Below, piece after piece: positions 53,901 to 64,000 of a stretch of DNA of 64,000 bases. The stretch is taken from NCBI GenBank assembly GCA_030704615.1, contig CM060733.1, positions 17,670,001 through 17,734,000 of the forward strand, written 5' to 3'. Every line of letters begins with the position of its first letter. Positions within the stretch are counted from its first letter, which is position 1. The stretch comes from Takakia lepidozioides. Lineage: Eukaryota; Plantae; Bryophyta. The notes under the pieces were generated by a model. That model did not search any database, was not told the origin of the DNA, and worked only from the letters and a program-made list of their open reading frames with translations. A program made the translations under genes and the position numbers.

Positions 53901-54250
53901 TTTTGGGTTCGTTTCCGATTTTTTCTTTGTCACATAATTCCAAAATCGCGGTAGTGAATATGACCATGGACTTTTATGGATTAAAAACGCGCCTAGATAT
54001 GGAACACACACTAATAAAGAAATTGAACAATTTGTAGATATGTATATTTCTTGTGATGTATCATTATTACCAAATGCATTACAAAATGCCCAACAACATC
54101 AACATACACGTACATGTAAGAAAAAAAACCATGTTGTTTGTAGATTCCATTATCCATTACCTCCTATGCTCGAAACAAAAATCCTAGAACTACTTGAATT
54201 GAATGATAATACTCCATTTTCAAAACAATATCTACAAACACAAGTCAAAT
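50972..54250 (+). mobile_element. Decayed Helentron/Helitron2-type Rep ORF: OTU-like domain, three Myb/SANT-like repeats, DUF6570-like region, Helitron_like_N/HUH Rep; truncated before the helicase
   Basis: GNYLF..WGDFTAI..LQRPIYIW..HIAYNAQHFEPI (OTU); [92 protein letters not shown]; several frameshifts and stops. Confidence 0.88.
51782..52418 (+). repeat. Internal tandem duplication (about 319 bp x2) amplifying a Myb-like repeat
   Basis: CAAATACCAGTGTCCCTCAGGTTTC at 51782 and 52101; CCAAATCTACCTTATTCTACAAAAGCATCCAAATTCATTAACATG in both. Confidence 0.9.
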
Positions 54251-55158
54251 CCCGTACACCTTGGCAGCCATGTTGTACATGGAGGTCATACTCTTGCGTC
54301 CAGTGAATTGGCAAACTGCTAGTAGGAGGAACGCAAGGTTGCTATACGATTTGGAGTACATCCCGGACACATTCGGAATACAACCGGCTGCAACGTTAGA
54401 GGAACAACTGGCGGAAAGAGACCAGCGAATCATACCCTGCAAGACCGACTAGACTGGCAAACACTGCGCATAGCCGAGTTGGAAGCTAGATTGCAAGACA
54501 TGCCTCCAAACAATGAAGGCACTGTTGTCCACAATGAGGATCGAACAAACGTCGTGGACTTGGACGCGGAGTTTGCGATGCCCGATTGCAGTATTGACCT
54601 CATCATTCAGGAAGTTACGGACGTCCTTGACCATGTGGCCGATGAAACCATGGTTGAGGAACAACAAATTGCGGATGAGAGAAGGAGGAAATGAAAAGAA
54701 CCAGTACTGGAAACCGGGGAATGCTCGAGGGTCGCCATTCAATCGGAGATGAACCCGATATTGGATGTCGACCGCGTTACAAAGGAGCGGGACATTGCCA
54801 TGGCAACTGCATGACGCTTGTCCAAAACGCTGGAGATTCAGGCATGGGTCCCATTGAATGGCGATTGGGAGAATTGGGTACAATGGGCGACCCATTTGGC
54901 CTCCAGAGAAGCACGGGTAGAGCTGACACTGTCAGGCTTGCACGTGTCGCACGCATGTCGAACCGTAGCGTGGATAGCATTTATGCCAACATGCAAAGGT
55001 ATAACGATCTCCGCATCGCATCAAGCGTGTTCGCCGGGTATACCAATTGGGCAGATGTGGATTCTTTGTTCGATCGATGTGAGCATGGAATTTCGGGGTC
55101 GAACAGAAGCATAAACTGGGAATTGGAGATAAAGGAAGAGTGAGACACCACAACAAGG

Positions 55159-56103
55159 ATGACCAACCACATCAAACCGGCCCAGAGGGAGGAGATACCA
55201 CGAGGCGTTTTGTCGTCATGGATATCAGATGGCACAGTTTGTTCGATGTGTAGGAATCCATACGGCCCAGAAGGATGTCATGTGCTTGGATCATGTGGAC
55301 AAATGCTCCATCTCACATGTCTTATCCCGCAAGCCTTGCAGATGAGCGCTTGCCCAGAATGTCGTACACCAATCCGTCGTTATTTCTATGAGCTGGTGGG
55401 CTTGGAAGATCGGATGCCCATAGGTTTTGAATACAATCGACACAACCTCCCATTGGATGGGCTACCATACACATTTCTGAATTGTGTGCATGGGGGCAAG
55501 AACTTGGTATGGGATGCAGACAGAGAGATGCATGGCATACATGCCGGAAACCCGACATACATCAAAGATCCCCAGTATTTCTGGGTCACATCTGATTGGG
55601 AGATAACCATACTTGCGGGAGGTATTCGAGATTGGTGGGAGAGAGAGCAATTTTGCCGCAATCTGGGAGGGCATTGGAGTCAAAGAAGGTCCAGGTTTAT
55701 CCGGCTCCCACAGGTTCCATGGGTGCTGGAGGAGAACGAATTGTATGACCGACAACCGATTGAGAGACATTTGTTGCTGTCCGAACTGGAAGATGTTATA
55801 ATATGTCAACGCCGAATGAATGATGAGTACGAGGCGGCTTATCGTCGAAACGACACAATGATTAGGGACAGGGCTCGCGAGAGGCAGTTGGAAAGTTTCA
55901 AAAGTACCATCAAGGCAGTTATAGAAAAATGGAGGCGATTATGGACAGACCGTTATCATCGAGTTTCGGGGGCTATATTGCCGGATGTGGACGGCCTCGT
56001 TGCCAATTTGCATGCAGCCGGAGCACTTGTTCTCGATCCATTTCCGCCACGTCGTGAGAGTGAAGAAGAAAGTCAACTTTCGCCGCGAAGTAGGCGGATG
56101 TAG
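55159..56103 (+). CDS. Intronless RING-finger ORF (314 aa), probably TE cargo; fragmented upstream ORFs at 54260-55143
   Basis: CSMC-x14-CGQMLHLTC-x10-CPEC is RING-H2-like with one His replaced by Gln. Confidence 0.65.
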   Translation: MTNHIKPAQREEIPRGVLSSWISDGTVCSMCRNPYGPEGCHVLGSCGQMLHLTCLIPQALQMSACPECRTPIRRYFYELVGLEDRMPIGFEYNRHNLPLDGLPYTFLNCVHGGKNLVWDADREMHGIHAGNPTYIKDPQYFWVTSDWEITILAGGIRDWWEREQFCRNLGGHWSQRRSRFIRLPQVPWVLEENELYDRQPIERHLLLSELEDVIICQRRMNDEYEAAYRRNDTMIRDRARERQLESFKSTIKAVIEKWRRLWTDRYHRVSGAILPDVDGLVANLHAAGALVLDPFPPRRESEEESQLSPRSRRM

Positions 56104-56665
56104 GCCAGAATTGATCACATGTCATTGGGCCCCTCATTGACCAGATCACGGTCGCAAGCTCTGGCAATTGGCAGTGCAAATCATGCCACAGCATCAAATT
56201 CCACATCCTCGGACAGTGACGACTAAGCTTTGAATGACTGGCAGCATAGTACATATACAATATGCATTTTTGTTATACCTTGAATATTGTTGGAAAACAC
56301 AGTGATGGCATTCCGCCAAGTTTGTATATCACCAATTTTGTTAATACACAATGCACATGTGCGGACCAATGCCAATTGCATGAGCAGCTTCACATTTACA
56401 CTCGTGTAATGGGGAAGAATTAGTTCACCCTGTAAACAAATTTACAATGGTGTCATATTTGGTCATGACGTATATATGGGTATTTGCAATGAACTCCGAA
56501 AGCAGGAGAACAAGGAAAATTGATGTTAACAAATAAGTTATAACGAGTTACGAACGGTCATCTTCCAAACAAATTTCGCCTGGTCCATGCGTATTTCATA
56601 ATCATTTCGCAAAATCTATGATCTTTCTACGAACATACCCACAAAGTTCTCAAAGCACAAAATAA

Positions 56666-58745
56666 TTTTGATTGATCTCATATTACACTGGGACGTATCA
56701 GAGGGTACATTGAATACACTGGCCAAGTTTCAAAGCGAACGAAAATCATTTGGATGGGCAACCATCCGTTGGCCCATTGAACAAATTTCGATTGATCTCA
56801 TATTACTTTGGGGCCTCTTACACGGCACATTGAACATAGTGGCCAAGTCTCAGAGCGAACCAAAATCATTTCGATGGCCAACCATCCGTTGAGCCATCGA
56901 ATGAATTTTGATTGATCTGATATTAGTCCGAGACCTGTGAGAGGGTGTCTGGAACATGCTGACAAAGTTTGGAAGCTAACAAAAATGATTTGGATGGGCA
57001 ACCATCCGTTCACCCGTTGAATGTATTCTGTTGGAGCTGCTATTGCTTTAGGACCTGTTGGACTGTGTTTCACGTGCTCAAGAGTTTTTTTTCATTCCGT
57101 TTTTTAATGGGGCGTGTAATGTAGTCATATGCAACGGGCGTGCCAAATTTGGGAGCGATCAAAATTCATTTGGACCCAAAACGACAGTTTTTTCCCTGTT
57201 TTGCACTCGAAACTTGATTTGTGTTCTACTTCATGCATTCTTCATAGAGAGTTCTGCAATAGTGAGCAAAAAGAGAACACTTTTTTTTGGGGGCATTTTT
57301 TATTGGTCCAAATTTTGGCGGGGAAGTAGCCGTGGGATGCTGGAAGCCGCAGAACAAAATTGAGCCAAAACAAAATCGATACGTGCCAGAAACCCCCACT
57401 GAAAGGCAATGCAAACCTATTTATTGTCTTAAAATAAATTTAAATTCAATTAAATTGTGGAATGGCTTGAGGGGGGAGCGCGTTGATGGGGAGGCAAATG
57501 ATTTATTCGTCTGTTGTGTCTCCGCACATGTGTCACGCACATGTTCAAGCACATGCGGGCAAAAGAGGGGCTTCAACCACATCCGTTCAATGGGTGCAAT
57601 AACCGTGCACGCATTGCAGGATTTCTTTTTTGCATTGAACAAAAACCAAATGACAAGTGAACGCCTCATTGGACAATCGAACGATTTTCGATTGATCTCG
57701 TATTACACTGGGACGTATCAGAGGGTACATTGAACACACTGGCCAAGTTTCAAAGCGAACAAAATTCATTTGGATGGGCAACCATCCGTTGGCCCATTGA
57801 ACGAATTTCGATTGATTTCATATTACTCTGGGGCCTCTTACACGACACATTGAACATAGTGGCCAAGTCTCAAAGCGAACAAAAATCATTTTGATGGCCA
57901 ACCATCTGTTGAGCCATCGAATGAATTTCGATTGATCTGATATTAGACCGGGACTTGTGAGAGGGTGTCTGGAACATGCTGGCAAAGTTTGGAAGCTAAC
58001 AAAAATGATTTGGATGGGCAACCATCCATTCACCCGTTGAATGTATTCTATTGGAGCTGCTATTGCTTTGGGACCTGTTGGACTGTGTTTCGCGTGCTCA
58101 CGATTTTTTTTTCATTCTATTTTTGATTGGGGCGTGTAATGTAGCCATATGCAACGTGCGTGCCAAATTTGGGAGCGATCAAAATTCCTTTGGACTCAAA
58201 ACGACAGTTTTTTCCCTGTTTTGCACTCCAAACTTGATTTGTGTTCTACTTCATGCATTCTTCATAGAGAGTTCTGCAATAGTGAGCGAAAGATAACACT
58301 TTTTTTTTGGGGCATTCTTGATTGGTCCAAATTTTGGCAGGGGAGTAGCCGTGGGATGCTGTAAGCCGCAGAACAAAATTGAGCCAAAAACAAAATCGAT
58401 ACGTGCCAGAAACCCCCACTGAAAGGCAGTGCAAACCTATTTATTGGCTTAAAATAAATTTAAATTCAATTTCGATTGATCTCATATTACTCTGGGGCCT
58501 CTTACATGGCACATTGAACATAATGGCCAAGTCTCAAAGCGAAACAAAATCATTTCGATGGCCAACCATCCGTTGAGCCATCGCATGAATTTCGATTGAT
58601 CTGATATTAGTCCGGGACCTGATACATGGTATGTTGAACATAGTGGCAAAGATTGAAAGCAAACGAAAATTATTTGGATGGGCAACCATTCAATCGCCCA
58701 TTGAATGAATGGGATTTCGTCTTCGATTATACTGGGACCTGTTAT
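56666..58745 (+). repeat. Higher-order tandem repeat: 120-bp monomers inside a duplicated unit of about 1020 bp
   Basis: GATTGATCTCATATTAC...GGCCAAGT...GGATGGGCAACCATCCGTT monomers at about 56670, 56790, 56910, 57030; 57690, 57810, 57930, 58050; 58474, 58594, 58715. Confidence 0.93.
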
Positions 58746-58770
58746 ATGGCATGCCCTTTGAAGCTTTTTT

Positions 58771-59051
58771 TGTAGTGTCTCTTGCCTCGTAATGCGGTGC
58801 TTCTCTATGTCCCATTTATCCAATATGTTAATATTCTCCACCTGGAACAGATCCACATATGTATGCATAAATCCTTAAAAAACAACTGACCATCTCAACT
58901 TTTATAAGCCTCATCCCCAGCTTCTAGTTTTGATGGTCATTTGGTTTTTTAAGTTATGTACGCATGTGTGGATATGTTCCAGATGGAAGATATTAACATT
59001 GGAAAAATAAGAGTTGGAGAAGCACCTCATTACGAAGCAAAAGACATTACA
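58771..59051. repeat. Fold-back inverted repeat, arms about 135 bp
   Basis: TGTAGTGTCTCTTGCCTCGTAATGCGGTGCTTCTC pairs with GAGAAGCACCTCATTACGAAGCAAAAGACATTACA; pairing continues to a short loop near 58907-58922. Confidence 0.85.
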
Positions 59052-59799
59052 GAAGACCTCAGCATGTTGAACATCTGGATGAAGAACCTTGCCCATCGTC
59101 GCTTCAAAATTCTAGCGCTTCTGAAATGATCACATGTTTTTGGTGGAAGCAGATATCGTTGGCCACATTGATCTCGTACCCATCGAAGACTCCCGTAGGC
59201 CACATGGAACGGTTCATGTGATACATTTTCACAAATGCGATGTGATACATTTGTGAAATGGTATCACATCAACCGTTTAATGTGGCCAATTCACGTCTTC
59301 CGCACCATGGCGGAAATGTTCGTCACTTGAAAGCACAAACACAAATAATCCGTGCAAACAATATCAAGAATCATATGTACTGCAAGGTGTTTCATATTGC
59401 CGATGTTCATGTAGCAGAATTATTTAGGAATCGTTTTGCTACTCCCATGCCAACAACATCAGCTCCACTTCGACTGCCCCATTCCGAATTCCGTATCAGC
59501 CACCACGGACATAAAACCAGGAACTTCGCACAAAATCTCCAATTTATTCAATTTATGGTGGGCCATGGTTGCAGCCTGCAAGCTGGCCGGGGTGGCTGAT
59601 ATGTCCGTTTGAACATGACAGTCTCAGAGGACGTTGGCATGGGAATAGCAAAAAGAGTACTACAGAATTCAGCTAGAGGAACAACAATAGCATGAAACAC
59701 CTTACCATAAATATGATTGTTGACATATGTTGTAACAGCTCCAATCAATAGAGAACTCGCACCATCAGTTGCGCTCCAACAGCAGTACCGGTCCCCCGA

Positions 59800-60332
59800 G
59801 TTTATAAAATTCCGTTGTAGATAATAAATTGCATACGCTCGAACCTCACAAATGTCATTTCAACAAAACCGGCCGTGTATTGTGGCACTGTTTGTAACTG
59901 CGAATGTTTCAATGTTTCTGACAGGGTATTGAGAAAATGATATATTGGATCCATATGAGTTAGACAACAAACGTTCTATATCTCATTCAACTGTGCGATA
60001 CTACCATGAGTGGCATGGATAAAAAAGTGATAGGTGTGCATGCGACCTCCGCACGTTTAAGTAGAGACCTAGTATCAAACGTTCGGAGGTCGCATGTGCA
60101 CCTATTACTTTCCGATCCATGCCTCTCATGGTAGTGTCGCACAGTTGAATGAGATGAGACGTTTGTTGTCTAACTCCTACGGAACTAATACATCGTTTTC
60201 TCATAATCCTATCCGAAACCTTGGAACATTACAAATATAAACAGTGAGCCAGTACACAAACCATTTATGTTGTGATGACAGGTGCCAGAGTCGAGCATAT
60301 GCAATGTAGTATTTACAATGGGATTTTATTTA
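59800..60332. repeat. Long fold-back inverted repeat, arms about 260 bp, 18-nt loop (60059-60076)
   Basis: Inner arms 59957-60058 and 60077-60176 are nearly perfectly complementary; outer arms remain alignable. Confidence 0.92.
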
Positions 60333-60415
60333 TTACATGCACGATCAAAATTGAGTTACGTCTTCATAAAAGAACCATTGTACTGCCAGAAATGTCATAT
60401 CTACGAGACTATGGT

Positions 60416-61200
60416 CTACTCCGTCCTATATACGTTTTTTGGCTCAGACCAATTGAATGGCTTGCCCATGAACCGAAGTACTACATGGGCTAATGTGACT
60501 ATCTCATTCTTGTTGTTGTCGTACAACCTTTGTAGCATTGAATGCCAACAACCTCCCGTAAATTGGTCCTGGAACATACTTTGATCATAATGAACGCCGT
60601 CATTTATTCGTACCGCTATCTTCCCAACGGCAAAGGCCTCCGACGTCATGTCCTGGGGGGGGGCGTGACATTCGCATTGAAAACCGATGCAATATCTTTT
60701 TTCACCCACCATCTTTTCGCGAATTCCCGGTCCAGCTTGTCTTGGTTTTCAAACTGGTACGGCGAGGCTTTGCGTATGCCCAATGGGGTGGCTAAGCCCC
60801 AATCACACACCCCAATCTTGATCTCCCCGGTATCATTTGGAAAATGCAACAAGATGTTGTCGGGGGACAAGTCGTTGTGCATGATGCACACAAGTGGCCA
60901 TGCAAGTTTACTGCGCATTTTCCGGAAACGAAGCAAGCAATCGCATTCCTGGAACTCTGCTTCCGTTCCCCTTTTGTTCCAAAATCATCATGTTGTCTGA
61001 ATTGTTGCCCCATTTTCTGTCAAGGTTCATCATGTCGCGTATTGTCCCCCCATTCCACCAGCGAGTGTAACCCTTTATCTCACGTGCATTCACAGCAAAA
61101 TACAAGATAACACCCGGATGCTGGAACTTCACTGCCAAACACTCGTCGTTATATTGTCTCAACGTCTTTTCTGGATTTTGGACTTGGGTTTTTTTCCCGC
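60416..61200 (-). pseudogene. Intronless protein-kinase-like pseudogene (frameshifted, N-lobe truncated)
   Basis: HPGVI, RWWNGGTIRDM, IMHNDLSPDNILLHF, IGVCDWGLA, SEAFAVGKI split over three frames. Confidence 0.85.
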
Positions 61201-61244
61201 TAGCTCACGGCGTGTCCCTGGATTTCTAAGAAAAAAAAAAACAC

Positions 61245-61600
61245 GCGACCGCTTATTTTTAAATGTAATAAAATACAAATGACTGCCAATATGGGCGGTC
61301 GCTTCATTTAAAAATAAATAAATTACGGGCGACCGCCAATTTGGGCGGTCGCTTCATTTTTTTAAAAATAATTATGGGCGACCGCCAATATGGGCAGTCG
61401 CTTCATTTTAAAAAAAAAAAATTACGAACGACCGCCAATATGGGCGGTCGCTTCATTTATAAATAAATAAATTACCAACGACCGCCAATACTAGCGGTCG
61501 CTTAATTAAACAAAATATTAAATTACAAGCGACCGCCAATATGGGCGGTCGTTTTTATTAAAAATAATAAATTATATGCGACCGCCAATATAGACGAACT
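61245..61600. repeat. Array of about 7 palindromic units with a period of about 50 bp
   Basis: (GC)GACCGCC-AATATG-GGCGGTCGC hairpins at about 61281, 61331, 61380, 61430, 61480, 61531, 61580, separated by A/T-rich linkers. Confidence 0.93.
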
Positions 61601-61924
61601 CATTTTTAAAAAAGAATTAATAAATATTAATAATTGGCCACGTCTGTTTTACACCGTGGCTGCCATGTCATTACAAAAGGTAGAAGTAAATCGTAAAAGT
61701 CTAATGTAAAAAAAAATTACGTGGGTAAACGTCCGGATTCGACGTGACGTGACGTACGTCGGACGTGTCAGCGCCACGTCACATCAGGAATGATAACTAG
61801 GCTCATTACACATAGCCGAGTGCACTTATTAATCCCTAAAGGCCTAAGAGTACATACCTATGCGGATTTTTTTAGTTTTTAAACACAGTTGATTTATCCT
61901 AAAATTAATTTTAGTTTTTTGAAT

Positions 61925-62100
61925 CTCCAATTTGCATATTATTTCATGTTTTTTTTTTTTTTTGAAAGATGAGGAATCTTGTGAGTTGTCACATTTATTA
62001 TGGACTCTTGTGAACTATGAACCCATAATGAACATGACAACTCATTAGATTCCTCATACTTGAAAGAAAGAATAATATGAAATAATGTACAAACTGGGGT
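61925..62100. repeat. Small fold-back (MITE-like), arms about 80 bp
   Basis: ATGAGGAATCTTGTGAGTTGTCA pairs with TGACAACTCATTAGATTCCTCAT; the outer ATTATTTCAT pairs with ATGAAATAAT. Confidence 0.8.
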
Positions 62101-62192
62101 TTCAATTCAAGAATAACTCTATAGGTACTTCTTGCTCTTTTGCCAAGTTTTTGAGAATTCCTTCTTCATTGTCGACAGCCAATAGGGTTTAC

Positions 62193-63021
62193 ACCATCCA
62201 CCATGTAAGAGATCATCATCACCAAGTCATATGAGGCATCGGGGAACTTCAGAGGTAGATTTGTTGTCTCAATATTGAATGCACAGACTCAGACCTCAGC
62301 TCGTTGCAACAAATCGATTCTCCGTTCCAGCTTTACTTGAAGGCTTCAACAATCACTTCGTACCAGAGGCCACACCTCACATCTGTACAAATCGTGAAAA
62401 TGCGTATCTTACATGACTCTTAAACCAGAGCAGAAACACATAGCCTCTTTGGTGATGGAGGGCCAGAATTGTCAATTGCAAAGCGAATGTGATAAGGCAC
62501 ATCATATTCACGGACCTCCACAATATGCTCAAAGTAGTCTTGCATCTTTCCTGCAAATTTTGTCCTGCCATTCCAATAGCAAGTTTTGTCGGCAATACAA
62601 TAATGTCACAGAAAAATTGCCACCTCAAATGAGAAACATAAACTCATATACTTTGAAGGGTTAGAGAGTAATATCCTTTTAACAATAAGGAGAGACAGAC
62701 TTCCAAATGAAGAAATCCATGAGGACTAAGAACTTTCACTCCAGCAAAGGGAAGATATTGAAGATATCTTGTTTCAAGTACAAATCCATTGCAAGGTCAA
62801 GGTCAGCTTTGGCCAATTCACAGCACTGTATTGAGGGTAGATATTTAGACTGAAACAACCCTGACTTTGTACTTACCCTACATTGTTGAAGAGGGACTTG
62901 TAGGCTTGAGAAGATTCCAGTTTTGCTCGGTTCTTCTCAGCCAGGAGTAGCAACTCATTCTTCACACTCATCAGTTCTTGGACAGTGTTGAAACTGACTT
63001 TTAAGTACTTCCGTTGTAAGC
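62193..63021 (-). pseudogene. POLE: DNA polymerase epsilon catalytic subunit fragment, three exons (63021-62877, 62564-62467, 62382-62193)
   Basis: LQRKYLKVSFNTVQELMSVK; VREYDVPYHIRFAIDN; DVRCGLWY...[40 protein letters not shown]; contains a frameshift, an in-frame TGA and a lost donor site. Confidence 0.92.
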
Positions 63022-63351
63022 CTGCAAGATGATTTTTCTGCAGTCAATAGCACCCACTCCAATAAGATATCCACTAACCTTTTCAGAAACGGACTTCCTA
63101 ACCATGAATGCATTACAAATGCCAATCTCCACATACCCCGCTTAATCAGTGCAAACTGCACCTAGAATTTATGCCAAAGTATATTATGCTTCCAATATGC
63201 TTGCAATAAAATACCTACAGTGCTACGCTCATGACAGCGTGACGATGCAGGAAAGCTGTCTGAATAGCCGTCACTGTCATATAACATATAACAACCCAAC
63301 ACTCCGACCACCAGATCTCAAAGCCGCTCGGCTGCTGCCATTCAGGCTGCT

Positions 63352-64000
63352 TTGGCAATCCCTTCCACTGGGACAGGTTTCTTCCAGGCCCACAGGGCTT
63401 TGGCGCGAAGTCGCAGCCCCCCGGCTATGCGGGCAGCCCCGATCCGGGTTCCCTTGGTTGCTCCTCCCTCTCCCCGGCTGAGTCAGTCGCCAATTTCGGA
63501 TCCCACCACGCATGGGTGCCCACCCCAGCATACCGGGGTTCCCTCTCCACCTCCCCATACAGTCGACCCCCAGCAGGATGCAGTCGACCCTCAGCAGGAT
63601 CTATTGGAGGATATTTCGGATCTCCAGAGATCGATGAGTAAATCTTACCCTCTTGTGGAGCTAAATATGTCCACAATCCACGACAGTGTCGCAAACTTTT
63701 CGGAGAAAGGGGTGCTTATTCACTTCCCTGGTAGAAAAGTTGACAGAGATCATGCAAGGGATTGGGCCATCTGTCACTTGGGGGGGTCTGGCGACCTTAA
63801 TCATCATTTCTGCCACTCCAGGGGCCAAGGATTTTTCTCGGTTCTTTTGGATTCAAAAGAAGCTGCAGATAGGGCACTTTAATCCCCACCTGGCTGGTTT
63901 TAATGTTAACATTTTTCCTTGGTCGAGTGCTATGGGCAACAAAAATGGAAAGGTGTGGAGTCCCAGGATCATTGCCTCGCCATATATCCCGGACCAGTAT
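63352..64000 (+). mobile_element. LINE (L1-like) ORF1 5' region, DUF4283-like, decayed
   Basis: Pro-rich N-terminus then KGVLIHFPGR...GQGFFSVLLDSKEAADRAL. Confidence 0.7.

Noticed and set aside
56668-58868. Protein-coding ORFs within the 120-bp repeat
   Set aside because: Short ORFs occur on both strands and are by-products of the tandem repeat
61245-61600. CRISPR array (palindromic repeats with spacers)
   Set aside because: Linkers are low-complexity, A/T-rich and similar to each other; no cas genes; eukaryotic context

Overview
Eukaryotic land-plant DNA, most likely a bryophyte (moss-like gene structure and TE content); the organism is inferred, not identified. The left 37 kb holds ordinary host genes: a multi-exon glutaminyl cyclase (minus strand, running off the window start), an orphan spliced gene, a 4-exon NT-C2 (EEIG1/EHBP1-type) protein and an intronless BTB/POZ protein. 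These sit among hAT MITEs with clean 8-bp TSDs, tRNA-derived SINEs, and LINE and Gypsy debris. A diverged tandem segmental duplication (about 31.1-37.3 kb versus 40.4-45.6 kb) has reciprocal gene content: the BTB gene is only in copy 1 and an orphan 354-aa ORF is only in copy 2. The right third is a composite mobile island. It starts with tRNA-like tandem repeats and a decayed Helentron/Helitron2-type element (RPA-like OB protein, OTU, Myb-like repeats, HUH Rep; helicase missing). A cargo block follows, with a RING ORF, a 120-bp/1.02-kb higher-order repeat, long fold-backs, an atypical kinase pseudogene and a 50-bp-period hairpin array. The window ends with a three-exon DNA polymerase epsilon pseudogene fragment and a LINE ORF1. 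All calls come from reading the sequence by eye; TE and repeat boundaries without TSDs are approximate.
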